A DNA stretch of 64,000 nucleotides from an uncultured Lachnospiraceae bacterium (GCA_948470335.1 CAOKOL010000013.1:1989-65988); one strand, 5' to 3'; shown: positions 38,406 through 47,168, numbered from the stretch's first letter. The notes: a model not told the origin generated them from the letters alone. Made by a program: numbers and translations.

Positions 38406-40286
38406 ATGGATAAACTGCGCGCAGTGATCTATAATCGCTGCAGTACGGAAGAAGAAAGCCAGAAGGACGCGCTGAAAAAGCAGGTACAGGAATCGAAAGC
38501 ATGTGTAGCGGAACAGGGATGGCAATTGACAGACTGTTATGTGGAGGCGAAAAGCGGCACCACATCCAAAGGAAGAACGGAATATAACCGGTTATACCGG
38601 GATCTGGAGCGGGACAAATTCGACATTATCGTGATTAAAAGCCAGGACCGGCTGATGCGGAATACCAAGGACTGGTATCTGTTTTTGGACCGGATGCAGA
38701 AAAATCAGAAGCGGCTGTATATGTATCTGGAACGGAAGTTTTATACACCGGACGACGCTTTGATCACAGGCATTAAAGCGATACTGGCAGAGGAATACAG
38801 CAGAGAACTGAGCAAAAAGATTAATCATGCCCATCAGAACCGTCAGAAAGAAGGAAAGAGCTTTGTCTTTACCCGGAATACATACGGACTGAAAAAACTG
38901 CCCGATAAAAGGATTGTGATTGATGAGGAACAGGCCGATATGATCAGGATGATCTTCCGGCTGTCAGCGAACGGATATGGAACTCACAGCAGCGCAGAGA
39001 TCCTTTATCAGAAAGGATACCGGAACCATGAAGGAAACGCAATCAGTCCCGGAATGATCAGGAAAATCATCAGAAATCCAATCTATAAAGGAACGGTGGT
39101 TCAGAACCGCCAGCATTATGACTTTGAGAGTAAACGGATATTCCGGAATCCGCCGTCAGAATGGATCATCCATGAACATGCCGTACCGGCCATTGTAGAC
39201 AACGAACTGTTTGAACAGGCAAACAAAGGCCTGGACGACCGCAGAGCAGGCAGAAAAAAGGAAGAAGGGATGCTACAGCCTTGGTTTCCGGCGGGCTTTC
39301 CGGCGAAAAATGATCTGGCAGGAAAAGTATTCTGCGGGCTGTGCAAAGAACCTTTTTACAGAGTGACCCGGCCTCGGAAATACGGTAAAGTGGTCGAGTG
39401 GAAGTGCAGAAGATATTTATATTATGGAAGAAATGATGAAAGCCTGCGGAAAGATCATATCAGGAAAGCGGAAAGAGCGGAAATAACTGGTTGCGATAAT
39501 GTACATATCAATGAAGAAAAACTGTACAAAGTTCTTGACCAGATCTGCCGAAAAAAGTACGACGATTTTCAGAAAGACAGATCAGATCTGCTGAATAAGA
39601 CGCTGCTGATTTTGCGGAAGGCGCTGGGAGAAGATCATGGGGCCATGAAAAGGGAGGAATTGGAATCAGTTGTGAAAAAAGAAATGCGCAAGAAAAATAT
39701 TCTGATGGAAAAATTACTGGACGGCGTGATTTCAGATACTGATTTTAAACTGAAAAATCGGGAGATCCGGGAGAAGCTGGATGATTTGGAAAAGCAGCGC
39801 AGGATGATGGAGGAGGATATGCTGCAGAATAACCGGCTGGAACAGCGGATGGATGATATCCGTAATCAACTGGAAAACGGTATGATCGAAAGAGCAGAGC
39901 TGTCAGATATGCTTGGGGATATCAAACGGGTGGATGTATTTCCGAAATATCTGGAAATAACTTTTGATTCCTTTTCCCTTATGGGATTGGACAGGAAGAC
40001 AGAGGATATGGATATCAGAGGTGAAACAGATAAACTGACCGTGATACGGATTCCTCAGACCTGCAGCAGCTCAGTTCGTCCGGATATTGAAGCGGAAAAG
40101 GAGCGGATCATAGAAATGATGCGCTGTCGGCCCCAAATTACCGCAAAGAAAATAGCGGATGAGATGCATGTGAGTATCTCGCGGGTCAACCGCAGGATCA
40201 TCGAATTGAAAAAGGAAGGACGGATCAGGTACAGCGCGTCCAATGGGAGAGGGCGGTGGAGCATGCCTGAGTGCGGGGAAACGTGA
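38406..40286 (+). CDS. large serine recombinase (626 aa)
   Basis: Resolvase-type catalytic N-terminus (AVIYNRCSTEEESQ, putative nucleophile Ser13). Recombinase domain (IRKIIRNPIYKGT). Zinc-ribbon cysteines (CGLCKEPFYRV...WKCRRY). Long coiled coil. Extra C-terminal HTH-like segment. GGAGGTG lies before the ATG. Confidence 0.9.
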   Translation: MDKLRAVIYNRCSTEEESQKDALKKQVQESKACVAEQGWQLTDCYVEAKSGTTSKGRTEYNRLYRDLERDKFDIIVIKSQDRLMRNTKDWYLFLDRMQKNQKRLYMYLERKFYTPDDALITGIKAILAEEYSRELSKKINHAHQNRQKEGKSFVFTRNTYGLKKLPDKRIVIDEEQADMIRMIFRLSANGYGTHSSAEILYQKGYRNHEGNAISPGMIRKIIRNPIYKGTVVQNRQHYDFESKRIFRNPPSEWIIHEHAVPAIVDNELFEQANKGLDDRRAGRKKEEGMLQPWFPAGFPAKNDLAGKVFCGLCKEPFYRVTRPRKYGKVVEWKCRRYLYYGRNDESLRKDHIRKAERAEITGCDNVHINEEKLYKVLDQICRKKYDDFQKDRSDLLNKTLLILRKALGEDHGAMKREELESVVKKEMRKKNILMEKLLDGVISDTDFKLKNREIREKLDDLEKQRRMMEEDMLQNNRLEQRMDDIRNQLENGMIERAELSDMLGDIKRVDVFPKYLEITFDSFSLMGLDRKTEDMDIRGETDKLTVIRIPQTCSSSVRPDIEAEKERIIEMMRCRPQITAKKIADEMHVSISRVNRRIIELKKEGRIRYSASNGRGRWSMPECGET

Positions 40287-40450
40287 TAATTATGGGGTTC
40301 CTGTCGCCTTGAATATGGCATTCTCTTTGTTGCAGAATTTATCACAATATCATGCGTCTTTGCAAAGCCAGCCGAGCCAGTCAATAGCAAGATGAACGGA
40401 TCGGCGAGCCGCTATTGACAGTCCCGTCTGTCCTTGACGGTGAGTAATCA

Positions 40451-40482
40451 AGAGGGCGACAGCATTTTTGCTGTCGCCCTCT
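40451..40482 (+). terminator. perfect 13-bp hairpin downstream of the recombinase gene (weak U-tract)
   Basis: AGAGGGCGACAGC-ATTTTT-GCTGTCGCCCTCT followed by TTGTG. Confidence 0.45.
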
Positions 40483-40817
40483 TTGTGCGCCTGGCGGCGT
40501 ATGTCACTAATGAATGAAAATTCCTAATCCGCCCTGCATATAAAAATTGCGGAGACAGATGTAAAACTGCCGGTTTTTAAAACAATTAAACCATTTAAAT
40601 CGTGGATTGCATATTGCTTTGAAAATAGGATTTTATTATAATGTATGAGGAGGGTAATTGCCTGTTTTTATATTTTGTGTAGAGAGGACACAGCAATGGA
40701 CAGACTTGGACAACTCCATGCATCAGATATATCCGGAAGCAGACACAGAAAATATCAGGAAGCCGTCTGTGATTTTGACGGAGGATTCCAATGCGGGATA
40801 TACAGAAGGGAGATTTG

Positions 40818-41735
40818 ATGGCAGACAAAGAACAATTAATCGAGATATTCGAAGATACAAAACGCTGGTATGAGGAGGAACCAAAACTGGCGGAAGCAGT
40901 GAAACAGACTGTTGCACAGACAAAGGTATATATGGAGGAGGATGGGCCTGCATTATGGGAAACGCTGAAAACCATGAGACAGAACACAACAGGCGCAGGA
41001 GCGGCTGATGCGGCAAACGCAGCGAATACACCAGGCGCAAAAGTACACCATCTTACTGTCACAGTCTCCAAAAACAAAACTTTCGAGGCAGCCCTGAAAT
41101 TAAGACAGCAGTTTCCGGATTCCAAAATCGCTGTCCACAATTTTGCCTCTGCCACCAATCCCGGCGGCGGCGTGACACGGGGAAGCAGGGCGCAGGAGGA
41201 ATGCCTGTGCAGGTGTTCCACCCTTTATCCGGCGTTGAATACGAAAGCCCTGTGGGGGCAGTTTTATCAGTTTCACAGAAACCGCCATGATGTCCGTTAT
41301 ACGGATGCCTGTATTTATACGCCCGGCGTACGGATCATAAAAACCGATACCGAGGCACCGGAACGAATGCCGGAAACGCAGTGGTGCAGCGTGGACGTTC
41401 TGACCTGTGCCGCCCCGAATCTGCGGGCCATTCCCAACAATGCAATGAATCCGGGAACCGGAGCGCCGGTGAAGGTATCTGACAGAGAACTTCTGAAACT
41501 TCATAAAAAGCGGGCCAGACATATGCTTGCCGCGGCGGCAGTAAACGGCGCCGAGATTCTGGTACTGGGAGCCTTTGGCTGCGGCGCGTTCCGGAATAAG
41601 CCGGAAGTGGTGGCCCGGGCATATCTGGAAACGATTGACGAGTTCGCATCATATTTTGAGCGGATTGAATTTGCCGTATACTGTTCTCCGAGGGACAGCA
41701 AAAATTATGAGGTATTTCGGCGGACGCTGGGGTGA
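40818..41735 (+). CDS. TIGR02452 / microbial PARG-like macrodomain-fold protein
   Basis: NFASATNPGGGVTRGSRAQEECLCRCSTLY and VLGAFGCGAFRN blocks as recalled for this family. GAAGGGAG lies before the ATG at 40818. Confidence 0.7.
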   Translation: MADKEQLIEIFEDTKRWYEEEPKLAEAVKQTVAQTKVYMEEDGPALWETLKTMRQNTTGAGAADAANAANTPGAKVHHLTVTVSKNKTFEAALKLRQQFPDSKIAVHNFASATNPGGGVTRGSRAQEECLCRCSTLYPALNTKALWGQFYQFHRNRHDVRYTDACIYTPGVRIIKTDTEAPERMPETQWCSVDVLTCAAPNLRAIPNNAMNPGTGAPVKVSDRELLKLHKKRARHMLAAAAVNGAEILVLGAFGCGAFRNKPEVVARAYLETIDEFASYFERIEFAVYCSPRDSKNYEVFRRTLG

Positions 41736-41809
41736 ATCCGTCATATTTGCCCAAAGACAATGACATGTTGGTCTGCTGTAAATATGTAGTGAGCAAAAGG
41801 AAAATTACA

Positions 41810-42415
41810 ATGATAAATATCCGAAATGAAACAGAAAACGATTACCGGATCGTAGAAGAAATCACAAGAAAAGCATTTTACAATATTTATGTTCCGGGAT
41901 GTACCGAGCATTATCTGGTACATGTGATGCGCCGACATGAAGATTTTATACCGGAACTGGATTTCGTGATCGAGCACGACGGGCAGGTGATCGGAAATAT
42001 TATGTATACACGTGCCAGACTGGTTGACGAAGCCGGAACCCAAAAAGAGATTGTCACCTTTGGGCCGGTCAGCGTTCTGCCGGAATATCAGAGAATGGGG
42101 TATGGGAAAATGCTGATGGAGCATTCCTTTGAACAGGCCGTAGTGCTTGGCTATGACGTGATCGTAATATTCGGAAGTCCCGCGAATTATGTGAGCCGCG
42201 GATTTAAAAGCTGCAAAAAGTATCATATTTGTACGGAAGAAGGAAAATATCCGGCGGCGATGATGGTGAAGGAACTGCGGCCCGGTGTATTGGACGGGAG
42301 AAAATGGGTTTATTCTGACAGCCCGGTTATGGCCGTCAATGAAGAAGAAGATTCTTACTTATGCCGGGAATGCCCGCGTATTCATTTCTCTCACTCCCGT
42401 GCCCATTCTCTTTAA
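41810..42415 (+). CDS. GNAT-family N-acetyltransferase (COG3153-like)
   Basis: MINIRNETENDY..., FGPVSVLPEYQRMGYGKMLMEH acetyl-CoA binding block. The last ~20 codons run through the right terminal repeat, and the stop TAA (42413-42415) overlaps the junction. Confidence 0.75.
   Translation: MINIRNETENDYRIVEEITRKAFYNIYVPGCTEHYLVHVMRRHEDFIPELDFVIEHDGQVIGNIMYTRARLVDEAGTQKEIVTFGPVSVLPEYQRMGYGKMLMEHSFEQAVVLGYDVIVIFGSPANYVSRGFKSCKKYHICTEEGKYPAAMMVKELRPGVLDGRKWVYSDSPVMAVNEEEDSYLCRECPRIHFSHSRAHSL
42373..42410. repeat. right terminal inverted repeat (attR inner arm)
   Basis: The reverse complement GAGAATGGGCACGGGAGTGAGAGAAATGAATACGCGGG matches 33431-33466. Confidence 0.7.
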
Positions 42416-42521
42416 AATGGACTGGGTGATGATGAGTATCGTCATCCTGTGCATTCTGGCCACGGCCCTTTATTCCTGTATTAATGTGCTGGAGAAGCAG
42501 TATCATAAAAAATGGCAGTGA
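42411..42521 (+). pseudogene. 3' part of the interrupted ABC permease (last 35 codons plus the shared Phe codon)
   Basis: F-KMDWVMMSIVILCILATALYSCINVLEKQYHKKWQ*, a hydrophobic terminal TM helix typical of the family's C-terminus. Same strand and frame-compatible with 32737-33429. Confidence 0.8.
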
Positions 42522-42551
42522 TGCTGTAATGCCGGATTAAGAAGGAAACAG

Positions 42552-42595
42552 ATCAGGGGCTGTCGGTGAATCCCGGTTTTAGCCCCTGATTTTTA
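42552..42595 (+). terminator. rho-independent terminator after the permease 3' remnant
   Basis: ATCAGGGGCT / AGCCCCTGAT 10-bp arms followed by TTTTT. Confidence 0.7.
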
Positions 42596-42685
42596 AGAAA
42601 GAGAGAAACTTATGAAATGCAGGCTATTTCAAGTCCTGACTTCACAGGAGATTCTTTCTTTTCTTTATAAAATAATGAAATTTTT

Positions 42686-43300
42686 TCATATCACCCATAC
42701 TCCCGAAAATACCAGACTGTACACCAGAATAATCCACGGCTTTCCAAGCAGAATAATCCAGACAAATTTCTTCGAGGTCATGGTCGTCAGTCCTGAGAAA
42801 TAACATAAAAAATCATCCGGAGCCAGCGGAAGCAGAATACATGCGAAAAGCAGCAGTGTAAAAAAGCGGCTCTTTCCCAGCCAGTCAGACCATTTGCTGT
42901 ATTTGTCGTCGGGAAACATATTTTTTACCAGATCGGACCCATAGCGCCGGGCCAGGTAGAAGGCGATAAGGGAGCCGGCGCAGATGCCCAGGTAGTTGTA
43001 CCAGAAGCCGCCGGACACCCCAAACAGCAGTGCGCCTGCCGCACAGCCGATCATGCCGGGCAGGATGGGGAACACAACCTGGAGTGCCTGAAACAGGGTT
43101 AAAATCACAGGGCCCAAAACGCCAAAACCGTTGATATATGTTCTCAGGGACTGAACGGAGCGGAACTGTCCGTCGATATAAGCCCGGACAAAAAAGAGCA
43201 GGATGGCGAACAGGAGAAAAAGGGCTGTGACGGATACGATTCGTTTCCATTTGTCGATTTGCGGCGCCGCTTGTCCGGGTATCTGGTTTTGCTGCATCAT
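42686..43300 (-). CDS. TVP38/TMEM64 (DedA-related) membrane protein
   Basis: 204 aa polytopic protein. LPGMIGCAAGALLFG and PLAPDDFLCYFSGLT blocks. GGAGGTG lies before the ATG. Confidence 0.8.
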   Translation of the reverse strand: MMQQNQIPGQAAPQIDKWKRIVSVTALFLLFAILLFFVRAYIDGQFRSVQSLRTYINGFGVLGPVILTLFQALQVVFPILPGMIGCAAGALLFGVSGGFWYNYLGICAGSLIAFYLARRYGSDLVKNMFPDDKYSKWSDWLGKSRFFTLLLFACILLPLAPDDFLCYFSGLTTMTSKKFVWIILLGKPWIILVYSLVFSGVWVI

Positions 43301-43597
43301 AACACCTCCGTGAAAAAATATATCGGTATTTTAACAGACACTTCTTAATTTTTTCCTGTCAGATTGCTTAACGATTTTTAATGGTTTTTAAAAGCATTAG
43401 TAAAAAAAACGATTGGTCATGATTAAACTGACGATAATTTTTATCTTAAAATTTTATGAAAAGAATTGCATAATTTTATTTTTTCTATTAAAATATATAC
43501 CGTTTATGATATCGATCTAAAAATATACTGCGGGAACGCCGGTGTGCTGTCAGACTGCCGCACTTCGGATATGCAGGTATATGGAAAAGGTAGAGAA

Positions 43598-44110
43598 ATG
43601 AAACATTCAATCGTATATTATGTAATCATGGCAGTGGCATTTCTGGTAATCCTGCGGGCGCCCTTTATGCCGTATGTGCATTCGGAGCTGCTGGCTTCCT
43701 ATTTGGATTATGATTTCCTGACGGCGACCGGTCTGGTGGAGGAGATGCATGTGCTGAATACGATGCCGGGAAGCGTCAGTTTCTTCGGTTATGAACACTA
43801 TGACCTGATTACAAAGCTTTTGATGGCGCTGGGCGTGGTGATGATCCTGCTGCCGATTCTTTTGGAAGCGGTCGGACTGGCGCTTCTTCTGAAAGGAAAA
43901 ACAGAGAAACAAAAAAAAGCAGGGATGATCCTGCCGGCGGCGGTGGTTGTCCTGTTTGCGTTCTACCTGTTTTTCTTTTCGATCGCGGGCGTATTCGTGG
44001 GGATGCCGACCCGGCCCGGTTATGGGATTTATGCGGCGCTGGCTGCCAGCATCGCCGTTATGGCGGCCGTGATTTTGTACAGCAGGGAAAGCGGAAGATT
44101 TCTTTCATGA
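43598..44110 (+). CDS. polytopic membrane protein, function unknown
   Basis: 170 aa with about 5 hydrophobic helices. The longer ORF from 43466 lies in AT-rich promoter-like DNA. Confidence 0.5.
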   Translation: MKHSIVYYVIMAVAFLVILRAPFMPYVHSELLASYLDYDFLTATGLVEEMHVLNTMPGSVSFFGYEHYDLITKLLMALGVVMILLPILLEAVGLALLLKGKTEKQKKAGMILPAAVVVLFAFYLFFFSIAGVFVGMPTRPGYGIYAALAASIAVMAAVILYSRESGRFLS

Positions 44111-44191
44111 CAGGCAAAGGCCGCAGCCGGAATTGACCGGACGTTTGTGCCGGGCAGAGCTGTCATACGAATTTGGGAAAGAGGATATGAC

Positions 44192-45433
44192 ATGGACGAT
44201 GTGATCGTCGTGGGCGGCGGCGCCGCCGGTATGACGGCGGCTCTGGCGGCTGCAAAAAACGGATGCCGCGTGCGGATTCTGGAAAAGAATGAAAAGCTGG
44301 GAAAAAAGCTGTATATTACGGGAAAGGGCCGCTGCAATCTTACAAACGGAGCGGATGTGGAAGAACTGCTGAACCATGTGGTAAGTAACCGGAAGTTTTT
44401 ATACAGTGCTTTTTACGGGTTTTCCAACAGAGATATGATGGAGCTGCTGGAAGACGCCGGACTGCCGCTGAAAACGGAGCGGGGAAACCGGGTATTTCCG
44501 GTTTCGGACAAGTCTTCGGATGTGATCCGTACGCTGCAGCGGCTGCTGAAAGAGGCCGGCGTGCGGATTTGTCTGGGCTGCCGTGCGGAAGCTGTGCTGA
44601 CGGACGGTTCTGTCTGCACGGGGGTGAGATCAGCCGACGGTCAGATTTATTCGGCCGGGCAGGTGATCGTGGCTACCGGAGGACTTTCTTATTCGTCTAC
44701 CGGCTCCACCGGGGACGGCTACCGGTTTGCTTCTGACTGCGGCCATAAGGTGACGGAGCTGTCTCCGGCGCTTGTGCCGTTTTGTGCGGCGGAAGACTGG
44801 GTTGGCAGGCTTCAGGGGCTGTCTCTGAAAAATGTTTCGGTGAAGCTGTCCCAGGGGAAAAAGATCTGCTATGAAGAATTCGGAGAGATGCTGTTCACCC
44901 ATTTCGGCGTGAGCGGTCCGGCTGTCTTAAGCGGCAGCAGCACGACGGCCAGATATCTGAAAAATGGGCCTCTGACGCTGTCTGTTGATTTAAAGCCGGC
45001 TCTGACAGAGGAGCAGTTGGATCAGCGGATTTTGCGAGATTTTTCCGCAATGCAGAACAGGCAGTTTAAAAATGCGTTTCAGGGATTGCTGCCGGCCAAA
45101 TTGATTCCGGTGATGGTGGAGCGAAGCGGGATTGACCCGGAAAAACAGGTGAATGCCATTACCCGCGGGGAAAGAGAACAGCTTGTCAGTCTGATTAAGC
45201 ACTTTACGCTGACGCTGACGGGGCTGCGGGATTATAATGAGGCCATTATCACCCAGGGCGGCGTCTCGGTGAAGGAGATTGATCCCGGAACGATGGAGTC
45301 AAAGCTGGTGAGAGGGCTTTTCTTTGCGGGTGAGGTGCTGGACGTGGATGCCATGACCGGCGGATATAATCTGCAGATCGCTTGGTCTACGGGATATGCG
45401 GCGGGAAGCCACTGTAAAGCAGCGGAATCATAG
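44192..45433 (+). CDS. HI0933/BaiN-like NAD(FAD)-utilising flavoprotein
   Basis: VIVVGGGAAGMTAAL..., ITGKGRCNLTN, and a C-terminal MTGGYNLQIAWSTG block. Confidence 0.85.
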   Translation: MDDVIVVGGGAAGMTAALAAAKNGCRVRILEKNEKLGKKLYITGKGRCNLTNGADVEELLNHVVSNRKFLYSAFYGFSNRDMMELLEDAGLPLKTERGNRVFPVSDKSSDVIRTLQRLLKEAGVRICLGCRAEAVLTDGSVCTGVRSADGQIYSAGQVIVATGGLSYSSTGSTGDGYRFASDCGHKVTELSPALVPFCAAEDWVGRLQGLSLKNVSVKLSQGKKICYEEFGEMLFTHFGVSGPAVLSGSSTTARYLKNGPLTLSVDLKPALTEEQLDQRILRDFSAMQNRQFKNAFQGLLPAKLIPVMVERSGIDPEKQVNAITRGEREQLVSLIKHFTLTLTGLRDYNEAIITQGGVSVKEIDPGTMESKLVRGLFFAGEVLDVDAMTGGYNLQIAWSTGYAAGSHCKAAES

Positions 45434-45548
45434 TGCTTTTTCGGGGAGCGTATTTATATATGAAGGATCTGGGTATATAAAATTTAATTTAGACGGTAAC
45501 GGACCGCAGCCATAGAAAGAAAGCCGCGGTATCCGATCAGGAGTGAAA

Positions 45549-46217
45549 ATGGGTTATAAAATTGCCATAGACGGCCCTGCGGGGGCGGGAAAAAGTACGA
45601 TTGCAAAGGCAGCGGCAAAGGAGCTGGCCTTTGTTTATATTGACACGGGAGCCATGTACAGAGCCATGGCGCTGTATTTTTCGGAAAATGGAATTGATCT
45701 GTCCGACAGGGAGAGCGTGGCGGCGGCTTGTCAGGCGATTCGGATTGACATTGCCTATGAAGACGGCAGGCAGCAGATTTTGCTGCAGGGGGAAAATGTA
45801 ACTGCCCGGATCAGGACAGAGCAGATCGGAACCCTGGCATCTCAGGCGGCGCAGAATGCCGATGTGAGGAAAAAACTGAGCCAGCTACAGCGGGAACTGG
45901 CGGAGAAAACAAATGTGGTGATGGATGGCCGGGATATCGGTACCGTGGTGCTTCCGGATGCGGAATTGAAGATATTTCTGACCGCCAGTGTGGAAACAAG
46001 GGCATCCAGACGATATAAGGAGTTGACAGAACGGGGAGATTCCTGTAATATTGAAGAAATCGAAAAAAATATCCGCATGCGGGACGAGCAGGATATGCAC
46101 AGGGAGATTGCGCCGCTTACCCAGGCGGAGGATGCGGTTTACCTGGATTCCTCGCATATGTCCATAGAGGAAGTGACAGAGAAAATCCTGTCCCTGTACC
46201 GCGGGAAGACTCCGTGA
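45549..46217 (+). CDS. cmk: cytidylate kinase
   Basis: IAIDGPAGAGKSTIAK, DTGAMYR and DGRDIGTVVLPDA. Confidence 0.9.
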   Translation: MGYKIAIDGPAGAGKSTIAKAAAKELAFVYIDTGAMYRAMALYFSENGIDLSDRESVAAACQAIRIDIAYEDGRQQILLQGENVTARIRTEQIGTLASQAAQNADVRKKLSQLQRELAEKTNVVMDGRDIGTVVLPDAELKIFLTASVETRASRRYKELTERGDSCNIEEIEKNIRMRDEQDMHREIAPLTQAEDAVYLDSSHMSIEEVTEKILSLYRGKTP

Positions 46218-46316
46218 GTTCCTTTCCGAATCGGAGGGGAATTGCCGCAGAAGGAACATCGGCTGTTTTGCGGAACCCTTCGGGTACGCAGAAACAGGAT
46301 GCTGAATGGAGAGTGA

Positions 46317-47168
46317 ATGGAAGTAATACTGGCCAAAACGGCCGGCTTCTGCTTCGGTGTGAAGCGGGCCGTAGACAAGGTATACGAACAGGTGGACAGC
46401 GGTAAGCCGGATGTCTATACGTTCGGGCCTATTATTCATAATGAAGAAGTAGTGCGGGATCTGGAGACGAAAGGGATCCGCGTATTACATACGGAGGAGG
46501 AGCTGCGCCGGCTTTCGCGGGGAACCGTGATTATTCGGTCTCACGGCGTCAGCAGAAGAATCTATGAGCTGATGGAGAAAAACGGACTGGAAGTGATCGA
46601 CGCCACCTGCCCCTTCGTGAAAAAAATCCATCGGATTGTGCAGGAGGCCGGCGGCAGAGGCGACACGGTGGTGATCGCGGGCAGCAGAGAGCACCCGGAG
46701 GTGGAAGGCATCGTGGGCTGGTGCGGCAAAGAGGCACAGGTTGTGGAAACCTGCGAGGAGGCCGAAAAACTGGCTCTTGGGAAGGGTACACCGGTGACAA
46801 TCGTTGCCCAGACGACATTTAACTACAATAAATTTCAAGATTTAGTTGAAATAATTTTAAAAAAGGGTTACAATAGTAGTGTTGTGAATACTATCTGCAA
46901 TGCAACACAGGAAAGACAGGAAGAGGCCAGCCGGATCGCATCTCAGGCAGACGCCATGATTGTGGTCGGCGGGCGGCATAGCTCTAACACCCAGAAACTG
47001 TTTGAGATATGCAGAAAAGAATGTGAAAATACTTACTATATACAGACATTCGGAGACTTAACAGAGCATGATTTCCAAACTGTACGCACCGTAGGTATTA
47101 CAGCAGGGGCGTCCACCCCAAAGAATATAATTGAGGAGGTTCATACTAATGTCAGAATTAAGTTTTGA
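46317..47168 (+). CDS. ispH: 4-hydroxy-3-methylbut-2-enyl diphosphate reductase
   Basis: AGFCFGVKRAV, ATCPFV and HSSNTQKL blocks. Confidence 0.9.
   Translation: MEVILAKTAGFCFGVKRAVDKVYEQVDSGKPDVYTFGPIIHNEEVVRDLETKGIRVLHTEEELRRLSRGTVIIRSHGVSRRIYELMEKNGLEVIDATCPFVKKIHRIVQEAGGRGDTVVIAGSREHPEVEGIVGWCGKEAQVVETCEEAEKLALGKGTPVTIVAQTTFNYNKFQDLVEIILKKGYNSSVVNTICNATQERQEEASRIASQADAMIVVGGRHSSNTQKLFEICRKECENTYYIQTFGDLTEHDFQTVRTVGITAGASTPKNIIEEVHTNVRIKF

Larger units (their letters stand above)
33427..42414. mobile_element. ~9.0 kb integrative element inserted in the ABC permease gene
   Basis: Shared TTTA at both junctions, imperfect terminal inverted repeats, visibly lower GC, an internal large serine recombinase, and in-frame restoration of the host gene when the element is removed. 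Confidence 0.8.

Noticed and set aside
40595-41221. 208-aa minus-strand ORF inside the element
   Set aside because: Overlaps the PARG-like gene in antisense. Cys/Ser/Phe-rich nonsense-like composition.
40818-42415. PARG-like plus GNAT pair as a type II toxin-antitoxin module
   Set aside because: The GNAT is the ~200-aa COG3153-like type rather than the small tRNA-acetylating toxin type. The genes are separated by 75 nt, and there is no RHH/DUF1778-like antitoxin. No sequence evidence supports a TA relationship.
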